In this document: in pieces, positions 33,761-41,991 of the stretch
How positions within the stretch are numbered: position 1 is the stretch's first letter
How the letters are laid out: every line of letters starts with the position of its first letter
Origin: an uncultured virus (IMG/VR IMGVR_UViG_3300047352_000567)
Taxonomy: Duplodnaviria; Heunggongvirae; Uroviricota; Caudoviricetes
Strand: one strand, 5' to 3'
Virus record (IMG/VR): IMGVR_UViG_3300047352_000567
Length of the DNA stretch: 64,000 bases
Notes under the pieces: model-generated
Told to the model about the DNA's origin: nothing
The model's input: the letters and a program-made list of their open reading frames with translations, nothing else
Databases searched by the model: none
Program-made: the position numbers and the translations under genes

Positions 33761-34127
33761 CGTTTTCCTTTACTTCTGATACTTTAGCCAAAGCTGCTAA
33801 GGGATCAGGCTTGGCACAGTTGCATTCTCCAGGAGCGCAGCCACAGTTTTCACCGCAAACTTCGCATACTTCTTCGGGAGCCTCAAAAACTTCGTCAGCA
33901 TTAACTGAACCCGCTTTTTGTATCTCATCCCAAAGATCTGGAAACGTACCTTCTAATGTAGTAGTTAAACGAGACCAACTACCGAAATGATTTAAAACCA
34001 TACCTGAACCCATAGGTACTTCATTTGCGTATTCATCATATTCATGCCTAGAAAGGACTTGTCCTTTTTCAAGCATAAACATTCCTACAGCTTCAAGTAT
34101 CTTATTACGAACGCGTAGTCTAGCCAT
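33753..34127 (-). CDS. Hypothetical protein with Cys-rich C-terminus
   Basis: Start likely MARLRVR at 34127; HFGSW motif; CEVCGENCGCAPGECNC. Confidence 0.65.
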   Translation of the reverse strand: MARLRVRNKILEAVGMFMLEKGQVLSRHEYDEYANEVPMGSGMVLNHFGSWSRLTTTLEGTFPDLWDEIQKAGSVNADEVFEAPEEVCEVCGENCGCAPGECNCAKPDPLAALAKVSEVKENDE

Positions 34128-35322
34128 CTTGTTCCTCTTCTTCTGCGGGACGACCGCCTTCGTCCGGATTAGTTGCACTTCCTGCGATGTTTGCAGGTAC
34201 TCTTAAATCGTTGTAACCCTCTACAGGATCAAAACCTAAGTGCTCTCTTGCTTCATTTGGAGAAATAATTCCTCCATTTACCAATGCTGTGTAGTACTGC
34301 GACTGATCTCGCATCTCAGGTTGTAAAGCAGGTACTTCTGTTACATCCTCTTTTAACTCAAACCCAAAGTATCTTTCTAAACCAAAATGTAACTTTTTAA
34401 CTATAGGCAGTACAGTCTCTAAATAGTACATCCTCATGTTAGGTCGAATGTTTGCATTATTTCCAGAATCCAACATAATAGGAGGTATTCCAAGAGCCTT
34501 TAAAATAATTTTCTCATTTTCATGGATAGCTGCCTGAAAGTCCAGTTCTTTAAAATTAGTATTTGTAAAACTATCAATTTCTAAGCCTCCATCAAGAATT
34601 AGGGGCCGTCTTCCCCCGGCATCGGGTCTATATCGACTAGTCCAAGACTGAATCATTCTTTCTTTAATCTTTTCGCTAAGAGTATTTGGGCTTTTCAGAA
34701 CTAGCCCCGGCACAGCTCCATTCTTAAAAAAGTTATCTTGAAACTGTCGCATATTTTGCATCAAAATCATAGTTCTGAGTGCAGGTTTTAATCGTGAGAT
34801 ACCTCTATAGATTGAATAAAAAGAATTATCCTTAATATGAATTATCTCAGAAGGTTTGTAATCAACTGTTTCATTAAAAGTAAATTTATCAATATAAGAA
34901 GTTTTACTTGCATGAATGTTCATTTTATTGGCGGGAAGATGATAGAGATGAACTCCATCGTAATAAATAAAGATATTACCGTCAAGCAAATAATCTGTAA
35001 TCAGATTTCTTTTAAACGTACTAATATCTTGAAAAGGATTAGGCTCTTTGTTTAAAAGAAGATTTACTCTTGATCTTTTTACGCCTTTTACAATACTCTG
35101 CAATCCAGGTACTTGTGCTCCTATACTTGTTTTAATTTCTGCGGCATCATCTACAATAAGATTTACGCCTCTATTTACAATTTCTATATCCTCGTATGCT
35201 TTCTCATACTGAAATGTAAACTCTCTGGACGGAGTTATAGTATGGTCATAGTATTGCTGCGCAGGATTTAGTTTTTCTTCCTCTTTTGGCGCTCTTCCTA
35301 ATATGCTATCATACCATGCCAT
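34120..35322 (-). CDS. Portal protein (HK97/T5-like)
   Basis: LLNKEPNPFQ, FFKNGAVPG and ISPNEARE motifs. Confidence 0.92.
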   Translation of the reverse strand: MAWYDSILGRAPKEEEKLNPAQQYYDHTITPSREFTFQYEKAYEDIEIVNRGVNLIVDDAAEIKTSIGAQVPGLQSIVKGVKRSRVNLLLNKEPNPFQDISTFKRNLITDYLLDGNIFIYYDGVHLYHLPANKMNIHASKTSYIDKFTFNETVDYKPSEIIHIKDNSFYSIYRGISRLKPALRTMILMQNMRQFQDNFFKNGAVPGLVLKSPNTLSEKIKERMIQSWTSRYRPDAGGRRPLILDGGLEIDSFTNTNFKELDFQAAIHENEKIILKALGIPPIMLDSGNNANIRPNMRMYYLETVLPIVKKLHFGLERYFGFELKEDVTEVPALQPEMRDQSQYYTALVNGGIISPNEAREHLGFDPVEGYNDLRVPANIAGSATNPDEGGRPAEEEEQDG

Positions 35323-35671
35323 GTTTTTCTCTTTGAATCTCTACCCATCTTTCCTGCTTTTTTGCAGTGCCTAGTCCAGGATCCCTTCCATACACCTTAT
35401 GTAATTTTAAGTGGTGCTCATGGCATAACGTAACTGTATGCTCATACAGTTCAGCCCAGTGATCCTGTATGAAGTCTTCTCGAAAGGATAAAACGTTTTC
35501 GGGAAGTAACTTATTCTTTTTTACATAACTATGAACTAAAGGGCTTAATGAATAAAAATGGTGAAAATCAAGTTGCGTTTTTTCTCCGCAAATATAACAC
35601 TCAGTACCTTTTTCATATTTATTTTTTGCTTTATCTCTTATGTATTTTACGAGGTCTCTTTTTAGATCCAT
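35309..35671 (-). CDS. HNH nicking endonuclease
   Basis: CYICG...LDFHH...TVTLCHEHHLKLH; same position as in T5. Confidence 0.85.
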   Translation of the reverse strand: MDLKRDLVKYIRDKAKNKYEKGTECYICGEKTQLDFHHFYSLSPLVHSYVKKNKLLPENVLSFREDFIQDHWAELYEHTVTLCHEHHLKLHKVYGRDPGLGTAKKQERWVEIQREKHGMV

Positions 35672-35685
35672 TTACGAATACCAGA

Positions 35686-35714
35686 ATTATAGCGAACATG
35701 AGGTAACATGTCAA
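35686..35714 (-). promoter_or_regulatory. sigma70 promoter TTGACA-17-TATAAT for head genes
   Basis: Perfect consensus on the minus strand. Confidence 0.85.
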
Positions 35715-35737
35715 ACATTATTTTTGACATGGTATTT

Positions 35738-37042
35738 CTAGAAGCCGCTGTTTGATGTTTCAAACGAATACAATGCATATCGCAATGCATCCGCCATGTG
35801 TGATGCACGATTGTGCTTTGGTTTCTCTTTTAAAAGGTTAGGATTAGGATCCCACTGGTATTGATCTAAGGCCTGTAAAGTTTCTTTACAGCGCTGATCA
35901 ACTAGTAGTTTATCATTATCTATTATTCCTTCGACATGAGATATTCCGTCTAGGATAGATTTCTTGGCATTTACAGTAGTAATATCGTAGTTTTGTGCAA
36001 AATCAAATCGAGTCTGCTGAGCCGCAGAATCAATATAAATATAATCAATATCCCATTTATTTATAAGCTCTCGTATCTCAGTTGCATGCTGCTCTGTAGT
36101 GCGTTCTGCATCTAAATATTCGTCAAGAAGATAATATTTTTCTTCCTCCCACGAGTAGCCAATTACACAAAAAGCAGTAGGATCTCTATAGCCTACGTCA
36201 AGTCCAGCAAATACATCCATGTCGGAAGTATTTATTTCTTCAAAGTTTCCGACACATTGTTCAAAATCAAAGTTCCATACCTGTCCTTCAAATGTGTTAA
36301 AATCTGCTTCGTATTCTTGTCGAAACTCAGCTTCGGACATGGATTTTTTAGCTTCCTGAATATCCATTTCAGACATTCTAGGATTAGATTTATAACTCGC
36401 CTTAATAGAGACCCATTCTGAAAAATCATCTGTAAATCCCCTATCAAAAAACTCTGCAAACCAATTATTTCTTCCTCGCGGTGTAGAAATAAAGATTGCT
36501 TTTGAGTTATCCTTATCCAAAGTAGGACGAAGAGCTACATTAAAGGCATCTTTGCCATCAGCAAGGGCCGCTTCGTCAAAGATAATTAGATCGTAAGATC
36601 TACCAACGCATGAGTCAACTTGATTTACTGATCCCATGCGTATCGTAGATCCGTTTGATATTTCAATCACTTTGTCTTTTGCATTATCTCTAACTACTTC
36701 TAGATCAAAATGCTTTATCAAAGTTCTTTGCAAATCAAAAGAAATTTGTGAGAGAGCATAGTTAGGAGACATAATCAAAATATTGGACGAAGGTACAAGC
36801 GAAACGAGTTGCCCAATAATATTGGCTATATATGTTTTTCCTTGCCTTCGTGAAATTGCCGCACAGACAAATCTGTATTTTGGATTATTTATAGCATTTA
36901 TGATTGCCACTTGAGAAGGTAAGGGCGTAATTCCGAGCAAGTCCATATAAGGCTCTACTGGGAGTTTTAAGAACTTACTTTCTTGACAGTAATCTGCTAT
37001 ATACTCCGCAAATATATCTTTGCGGCTAATTTCTATTGACAT
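35738..37042 (-). CDS. terL: Terminase large subunit
   Basis: Walker A SRRQGKT, Walker B LIIFDEAA, ISTPRG, nuclease GLDVGYRD and HMADALRY. Confidence 0.95.
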   Translation of the reverse strand: MSIEISRKDIFAEYIADYCQESKFLKLPVEPYMDLLGITPLPSQVAIINAINNPKYRFVCAAISRRQGKTYIANIIGQLVSLVPSSNILIMSPNYALSQISFDLQRTLIKHFDLEVVRDNAKDKVIEISNGSTIRMGSVNQVDSCVGRSYDLIIFDEAALADGKDAFNVALRPTLDKDNSKAIFISTPRGRNNWFAEFFDRGFTDDFSEWVSIKASYKSNPRMSEMDIQEAKKSMSEAEFRQEYEADFNTFEGQVWNFDFEQCVGNFEEINTSDMDVFAGLDVGYRDPTAFCVIGYSWEEEKYYLLDEYLDAERTTEQHATEIRELINKWDIDYIYIDSAAQQTRFDFAQNYDITTVNAKKSILDGISHVEGIIDNDKLLVDQRCKETLQALDQYQWDPNPNLLKEKPKHNRASHMADALRYALYSFETSNSGF

Positions 37043-37195
37043 TTAGTCTTGTCCCATCGATCTCGTTTTACTATACTTTCTACAAAGCTGCCATTCTGAA
37101 AGACTCTCATCTTCTTTTGGCTGTCTTTGTCTAAGTGTCTTTTTATACTCTTCTAAATTTTCAATAATTTTTCTAGCTTTATTTTGCTGATCCAT
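37043..37195 (-). CDS. Hypothetical 50-aa protein
   Basis: MDQQNKARKIIENLEEY..., translated by hand; abuts neighbours. Confidence 0.5.
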   Translation of the reverse strand: MDQQNKARKIIENLEEYKKTLRQRQPKEDESLSEWQLCRKYSKTRSMGQD

Positions 37196-37518
37196 TATTT
37201 TTTCGATTGCCATGCTGATGCTCCAAAAAATGCGGCTACTAAACCCGCGATTGCTACAAAATAGACACTCGCTATATCTCCCAATATACCGGCTGCCGTA
37301 TCCAATTTAATTAAAGAACAGATTACGATTAACGACGGATATAGTAACATACCAAATAAAGCAAACCAAGCCATTGCTCGTTGTGCATCTGCTTTATCAT
37401 GAGCTAATTTTAGTTGTTGTAACTCTTTGCTTGTTTCTAGTTCTTCATCGGTAACAATACCGTCACCGTCTGTGTCGTATTCTGCATACTCAGAATTTTT
37501 TTCTAAACGCTTATTCAT
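37195..37518 (-). CDS. Small membrane protein with EF-hand-like loop
   Basis: DTDGDGIVTDEE followed by two hydrophobic helices. Confidence 0.65.
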   Translation of the reverse strand: MNKRLEKNSEYAEYDTDGDGIVTDEELETSKELQQLKLAHDKADAQRAMAWFALFGMLLYPSLIVICSLIKLDTAAGILGDIASVYFVAIAGLVAAFFGASAWQSKK

Positions 37519-37988
37519 TATCCAAATGCCTTTATAATTAAGAATACTATTCCTATAGCTACACTACCCCCTAAAACGAGAGTAGTTGCTCCTACAAGTA
37601 CTTGCTTTATAAGCCTTTCTTTTTGTTGCTGTTTTCTTTTAATCATAGCCGCATACGCTTTTCTATCCTGTTCTTGTTTTGCTATTGCTCTGTCATAATC
37701 TTCAAGCAACTTTGGGTCTGCAACAAGAAGGAGCTGCCTAAGATCATACTGATATCGTTCTTGTGACCTTCGCAGCATTTGTAGTTTTAGAATGTCATTT
37801 GTAGACAAAGCATTAAATGTGGCCGTTTTGCGATTAACTTCGAACTGATTTAGTGCTTCTCCAAAATCAGAAACTAATGCCATTGCTTGCTGCACGTGTG
37901 CTTTGCCTTCGTTTACATTTTGAATAACTGAGTTGATTTGTTGTAGTAACATTCCTGCTGCTGCAACTGACTCAATAATCATTACCAC
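37518..37988 (-). CDS. Hypothetical coiled-coil protein with C-terminal TM helix
   Basis: ORF track; coupled to neighbours. Confidence 0.6.
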   Translation of the reverse strand: MVMIIESVAAAGMLLQQINSVIQNVNEGKAHVQQAMALVSDFGEALNQFEVNRKTATFNALSTNDILKLQMLRRSQERYQYDLRQLLLVADPKLLEDYDRAIAKQEQDRKAYAAMIKRKQQQKERLIKQVLVGATTLVLGGSVAIGIVFLIIKAFG

Positions 37989-38293
37989 TTCACCTTATCG
38001 GCCCAGTATGCTGCTGATATAGGCCCTTTTGCTATGTTTTTTGCATGACGAGCTTTAAAAGATGCTCGCTTCTTTTTCATAGCCTCGCTTTCGCCAGCTT
38101 TAGGCTTTCCTGCAGTTTTTGCTCCTTGCTGTCCAAAACGAATTGTTTTAACTGTTTTTCCGACTTTCGCTACAACAATATGAGATTTCTTTGCGTGGCC
38201 CGGCGTTCTTTTTGGCTTATTAAACGCAGAAACTCCCGCTCTTTTAAGTGCGGGATGTTTTTTCTTAGCGCTTTTTCGTCTTCGTACTGCCAC
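37982..38293 (-). CDS. Highly basic protein
   Basis: Start likely GTG 38293 (MAVRRRKSAKKK...); TIRFGQQG...RASFKARH...SAAYWADKVKW. Confidence 0.75.
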   Translation of the reverse strand: MAVRRRKSAKKKHPALKRAGVSAFNKPKRTPGHAKKSHIVVAKVGKTVKTIRFGQQGAKTAGKPKAGESEAMKKKRASFKARHAKNIAKGPISAAYWADKVKW

Positions 38294-38417
38294 GTTTCTT
38301 TCCTTTGTATCCACTTGCGTAGATAGCTCGAGCCTGTTTTATGGCATCCTTTTTTCGCTTATATGTTTTACCTGAGCTCCCCCACCTGTATCCACCTTTA
38401 ACTTTTCTTACGGGCAC
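38265..38417 (-). CDS. Basic micro-protein, 50 aa (MPVRKVKGGYRWGSSGKTYKRKKDAIKQARAIYASGYKGKKRGSTKTKKR)
   Basis: GTG with AGGAG RBS; translated by hand. Confidence 0.7.
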   Translation of the reverse strand: MPVRKVKGGYRWGSSGKTYKRKKDAIKQARAIYASGYKGKKRGSTKTKKR

Positions 38418-38481
38418 GCTTTTTTCTCCTTTTCTTCGCTAACTGCTGACGAAAAGAAGCGGGTGCAGACACACCCGCCAT
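38398..38481 (-). CDS. Basic micro-protein, 27 aa (MAGVSAPASFRQQLAKKRRKKRARKKS)
   Basis: ATG overlaps the upstream stop (TAATG). Confidence 0.5.
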   Translation of the reverse strand: MAGVSAPASFRQQLAKKRRKKRARKKS

Positions 38482-38741
38482 TATTTCTTCTTCCTTCTAG
38501 CTCTCCTTTTAACAAAAGTACTTACGTTACGAGGCTTGCCTCCAGGATTGCCTGCAGCTCGCTTTCTCCGAATTGCAGATTTTCTCTGCGAAGGAGTCAT
38601 GCGAGCTGCTGTAGCTGCAGGAACACACTTAGGATACTTCTTTTTTCCAGACTTAGTACGACCACATTTCTCAAAGCCGCCGCCCTTCTTTGGTCTTGAA
38701 ATATCTACCCAATTTTCTTTGAACCATTTGGTTAAACTCAC
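38481..38741 (-). CDS. Highly basic protein (LTKWFKENWVD...CGR...YPKCVP)
   Basis: ORF track; GAGGT RBS. Confidence 0.75.
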   Translation of the reverse strand: MSLTKWFKENWVDISRPKKGGGFEKCGRTKSGKKKYPKCVPAATAARMTPSQRKSAIRRKRAAGNPGGKPRNVSTFVKRRARRKKK

Positions 38742-38759
38742 GGTTTACCTCTTACTTCC

Positions 38760-38885
38760 TCACTTTTTACGTTTACGCTTCGTGTGGGCCGAGTCTTTCA
38801 TGAGCTTACCATTAGGCATATAGTGGTACCCTTTTGGTGCTTTTTTGCGACGAGTTGTTTTCTTTCGTTTACTATGATATGCCAT
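38760..38885 (-). CDS. Basic micro-protein, 41 aa (MAYHSKRKKTTRRKKAPKGYHYMPNGKLMKDSAHTKRKRKK)
   Basis: TAATG coupling; translated by hand. Confidence 0.7.
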   Translation of the reverse strand: MAYHSKRKKTTRRKKAPKGYHYMPNGKLMKDSAHTKRKRKK

Positions 38886-39025
38886 TAGCCTCTCATTTTT
38901 TTCAAAATAGCTTTTTGTAAAGCGGGTGGAAGCTTTTTCTGCTTGGCTGTTAGACCCTTCTTCTTTCCGTTCTTTTTAGGCTTTTTCTTTCCCATGGGTT
39001 TTTTCTTTCCGGAATGTACAGGCAT
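38885..39025 (-). CDS. Basic micro-protein, 46 aa (MPVHSGKKKPMGKKKPKK...LPPALQKAILKKMRG)
   Basis: GGAG RBS; translated by hand. Confidence 0.7.
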   Translation of the reverse strand: MPVHSGKKKPMGKKKPKKNGKKKGLTAKQKKLPPALQKAILKKMRG

Positions 39026-39028
39026 TAC

Positions 39029-39205
39029 TTACTCCATGCGGTATTTACCGCCTTTGGCTTTATAAGTTCTTACAAGCCAACCATTAGCATATGCAGAAGG
39101 ATATACTGCAAATTTTCTTTTTGCTTGAGCTTTTACACGAGCATAAAGTTTTTTATTTGTAGGTACGGACTTCTTTTTGGCCGTCCTTTTTCGACGGACA
39201 GCCAC
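39029..39205 (-). CDS. Basic micro-protein, 58 aa (MAVRRKRTAKKK...YPSAYANGWLVRTYKAKGGKYRME), possibly DUF5872-like
   Basis: GTG directly after the upstream stop; translated by hand; family assignment tentative. Confidence 0.7.
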   Translation of the reverse strand: MAVRRKRTAKKKSVPTNKKLYARVKAQAKRKFAVYPSAYANGWLVRTYKAKGGKYRME

Positions 39206-39391
39206 TTACTCTTCGACCTCTTCGACCTCTTCGACCTCTTCGACCTCTTCGACCTCTTCGAATTCAGGCTCAACAGTTTCTACTGCAGTGCCCGCTGCAT
39301 GAGCCTTTGCCTCGTCTTCGGTATTAAATCTGTGAAGACCAGTTTCATCTCGTACCAACCATTCGTTTACTTTTTTAATTATCTGTGCCAC
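39206..39391 (-). CDS. Acidic small protein with (EEV)n tail
   Basis: 9-bp repeat CTCTTCGAC, about 6 copies at 39209-39261; AGGAG RBS. Confidence 0.7.
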   Translation of the reverse strand: MAQIIKKVNEWLVRDETGLHRFNTEDEAKAHAAGTAVETVEPEFEEVEEVEEVEEVEEVEE

Positions 39392-39704
39392 TTACTTCTC
39401 CTAGTTCTAAGAGCGTTCTCTCTAGCTCTTCCTGCTGATTGAGGATAGTTTTTGAATTATTTTGTAAAGTTCCGAGTTTTTCTAGTAATTGCTCTTTGTC
39501 TTCGAGCTTTCGTTCTGGACGGCGACGCTCGATTATCATAAGAGCCTCTTTCTCAGCTTGGTATACCTCTGCGCTTTCTAATTTTGAGTATATAGTATTG
39601 ACCATCAAAATAACCCCAACAATACTTAAAATAGCTACAATTATCATAACTACTAGTTTGAAGTTTTCGCCACTTACCGGGGCTCCTATCTCTTTCATAG
39701 ACAT
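39375..39704 (-). CDS. Hypothetical membrane-anchored coiled-coil protein
   Basis: N-terminal TM helix followed by coiled coil. Confidence 0.55.
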   Translation of the reverse strand: MSMKEIGAPVSGENFKLVVMIIVAILSIVGVILMVNTIYSKLESAEVYQAEKEALMIIERRRPERKLEDKEQLLEKLGTLQNNSKTILNQQEELERTLLELGEVSGTDN

Positions 39705-39888
39705 TTTTATGTGTACTCCGCTTCATATACTAGGATTTTACTCAACGGTTCCCCAAAGTTTTACTTAATATCACCTCCTTTATTTGGTGCAGTGGGGCTT
39801 ATATAAGTTGATTATTAAAAATAAAAACTGCTGTAGCAAAATAGATTAGTGCTACTATAATACCTAAAAAAGTTTTTAGTGGCATAAA

Positions 39889-40089
39889 TCATGACCAGTT
39901 GTTCATCACTATTGTAGAGATTAGGCCTAGTAAAAATACTATGGTTGTTGCACCACCTCCGATAATCACCTGAAATATTTTATCAAGGCGATCATCAATA
40001 TCGTCTAGACGATTAAACGTCGTCTTCCAACGCTCTGCACACTCTTTTTCGTGTACTAGAAATTGTGTTTTTAGTTCATCATCAGACAT
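39889..40089 (-). CDS. Small membrane protein (HEKECAERW motif)
   Basis: Coiled coil plus C-terminal TM helix; overlaps the TerS stop. Confidence 0.65.
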   Translation of the reverse strand: MSDDELKTQFLVHEKECAERWKTTFNRLDDIDDRLDKIFQVIIGGGATTIVFLLGLISTIVMNNWS

Positions 40090-40540
40090 CTTTCAACAAC
40101 TTATCCATGAGCTTACCGTAGTTGCCCTGGCCAAAGGGAAGCCCTTCATTAATCTGTACATTTGTTTGACTTTTTACGTTTGTAGCTTCTGCTTTTTGTA
40201 GCTCGGTTTGTGCTTTTATCTCGTCCATTCTCATTTTATGGGCCATTTGGAGCAAGTCAGCTAAATCTTTGTTAGAGTATACTCCACTTTCTTTAGCTTC
40301 TTCAAGTTTGCTCTCAATCATTTCGTCAAGTAAGCCTGCAATATTATTTTTATTGCGATAACCCATGTCTAAGTACACTGTGTCGATATACTTTTTTACT
40401 TCACGTTTGTTCAACAGCTCAACTACTTTGTTTTCTTGCACGCCAAGCTGCTCGACAACCGCACGGATATTTCCGAAAGTAAGGTACGAGTTTGCTACTT
40501 CGAGTCCCTCTGGAGAGATTGTGGTTAATTCTTTAGCCAT
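40082..40540 (-). CDS. terS: Terminase small subunit (T5-like)
   Basis: SPEGLEV...EVKKYID...GYRN...LDEMIESKLEE...AHKMRMDE closely recalls T5 TerS. Confidence 0.8.
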   Translation of the reverse strand: MAKELTTISPEGLEVANSYLTFGNIRAVVEQLGVQENKVVELLNKREVKKYIDTVYLDMGYRNKNNIAGLLDEMIESKLEEAKESGVYSNKDLADLLQMAHKMRMDEIKAQTELQKAEATNVKSQTNVQINEGLPFGQGNYGKLMDKLLKDV

Positions 40541-40547
40541 GTAGAGA

Positions 40548-40576
40548 ATTATATGGGAAAAGGGCTATAAAGTCAA
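40548..40576 (-). promoter_or_regulatory. sigma70 promoter TTGACT-17-TATAAT for the terS operon
   Basis: Consensus boxes; the -10 lies only 7 nt from the ATG. Confidence 0.8.
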
Positions 40577-40598
40577 GAATTATTTTTGGGTAGGTAGT

Positions 40599-40621
40599 AA
40601 AAAAGGCCCCGAAGGGCCTTT
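40599..40621 (-). terminator. Intrinsic terminator
   Basis: AAAAAGGCCC-CGAA-GGGCCTTT. Confidence 0.85.
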
Positions 40622-40627
40622 GTGAAC

Positions 40628-40894
40628 TTACGCTAGGAGTTCGTTGTCTTCAAATATGATTGGGTTGCGTAAGATTACAGGTGCTTCTTCGGGAGGAAAG
40701 TTAACACCTCTGCGCTCCCACTGCTCTTTTGTACGACACTGATATGTCATGCGGTCACTCCACTTGCTTGAGTAGAATTTTCCACAGTATTTTCCATCGG
40801 GCTGTTTTTCAAAAGTAAGTTCCATTTTTTCTGCGTTTGCGGATAGGGGTAGGGCGAGAGCGAGGGTTGCCAGGGTGGCGAGTACGAGTTTCAC
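40628..40894 (-). CDS. Small secreted protein with signal peptide
   Basis: MKLVLATLATLALALPLSANA signal peptide; two Cys; AAGGAG RBS. Confidence 0.7.
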   Translation of the reverse strand: MKLVLATLATLALALPLSANAEKMELTFEKQPDGKYCGKFYSSKWSDRMTYQCRTKEQWERRGVNFPPEEAPVILRNPIIFEDNELLA

Positions 40895-41147
40895 GAGAGT
40901 CTCCTTAATTTTGTGTCTTGAAGTTTTTCTTAACTTCGGAATATATTATACTACAAAATTATTACAAAATGATGACAATTGTTACAAAATTTCACACTTT
41001 TTATATCTGCACAAATTGTGTTCACACCCGTACAAATTGTGTAATTTGATTCTTGAAAAATACCCCAAGTTGTACGTGTGGGGGACGCCCGCGGCGCGGC
41101 GATAGGCAAGGTCTATTAACCGCCCCCCTATTGATAGGAACAAACGA

Positions 41148-41176
41148 TTGACAAGCGCGACGAGATGGCCTAGACT
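41148..41176 (+). promoter_or_regulatory. Pre-early sigma70 promoter TTGACA-17-TAGACT
   Basis: First rightward promoter of the GC-richer block. Confidence 0.7.
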
Positions 41177-41200
41177 ATATTTTTATTTGGAGGCACTACC

Positions 41201-41395
41201 ATGCTACGCACTATCGGACTCATTCTTCTTATGCTCGCCATAACGATTATGTTGGGCGCGGTTTTTTATACCGGCTGGATTTTTGTGACCGGCTCAACCT
41301 TTTGGCTGTCGCAGGTTTTGGGCACGGCGCTGATCGCCTTAACCTTTTTGTTGGCGGCGCTTTGCGGCTCGCTAGCTTACATCGGCGGTAAATGA
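41201..41395 (+). CDS. Small two-TM membrane protein
   Basis: GGAGG RBS; entirely hydrophobic. Confidence 0.7.
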   Translation: MLRTIGLILLMLAITIMLGAVFYTGWIFVTGSTFWLSQVLGTALIALTFLLAALCGSLAYIGGK

Positions 41396-41409
41396 GAATC
41401 ATTCCCATT
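41391..41409. promoter_or_regulatory. Fur-box-like 9-1-9 inverted repeat
   Basis: AATGAGAAT-C-ATTCCCATT, resembling the AATGATAATNATTATCATT consensus. Confidence 0.55.
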
Positions 41410-41497
41410 TGGAATCTCCATTATATCTCCATTATATTTTCACATAACTTTCACGCTACCAGCCTTATAATACAGGCTCACTAACTAGGAGACTACT

Positions 41498-41788
41498 ATG
41501 TCTAACTACACTCCCAAAATGGTCGCGGCTCTCGAAGCAGCGGCTCCCCTTAACCTAGAGATCGCTAAGGATCTCGCGGCTGACTTTGGCGTTAGCCATC
41601 GCTCGGTCATTTCCAAGGCCAAAAGCCTTGGCCTTGAATATGTCAAGGCATCGCCCAAGGCACGAGCTGCCAAGGGCATCACCAAGGCCGAGCTGACGGA
41701 TGCTATTCGTCAGGCGGTTGCTTTGCCTGATCGCTCTGGCGATCTTACTAAGGCCGAGCTTGATGTCGTCCTGAGCAATCTCTCTTGA
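41498..41788 (+). CDS. T5 A2-like DNA-binding protein
   Basis: NYT...RSVISK...Y...TKAEL pattern as in T5 A2; AGGAG RBS; pre-early position. Confidence 0.65.
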   Translation: MSNYTPKMVAALEAAAPLNLEIAKDLAADFGVSHRSVISKAKSLGLEYVKASPKARAAKGITKAELTDAIRQAVALPDRSGDLTKAELDVVLSNLS

Positions 41789-41991
41789 GATTGCTTCGCC
41801 TCTTAGCAGATTGGTTAGGGGCAGCGGCACTATGCTGCGCCCCTTTCATCATCGACACGACGGAAGGCAAGATTCTTGCCATCGTCGGACTCGGATTATT
41901 GACCTTGCAAGCGCTGCGCGTTTCATGCTATAATCTGGTTTTCTTAAACATAATCGGCATTGGAGGATATTGTTATGCGATTTATTTTTGA
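41785..41991 (+). CDS. Small membrane protein
   Basis: Hydrophobic; fills the gap between coupled genes. Confidence 0.5.
   Translation: MRLLRLLADWLGAAALCCAPFIIDTTEGKILAIVGLGLLTLQALRVSCYNLVFLNIIGIGGYCYAIYF

Noticed and set aside
35309..35671. HNH gene as a mobile homing endonuclease
   Set aside because: Short, and at the conserved T5 position between terL and portal, so more likely packaging-associated
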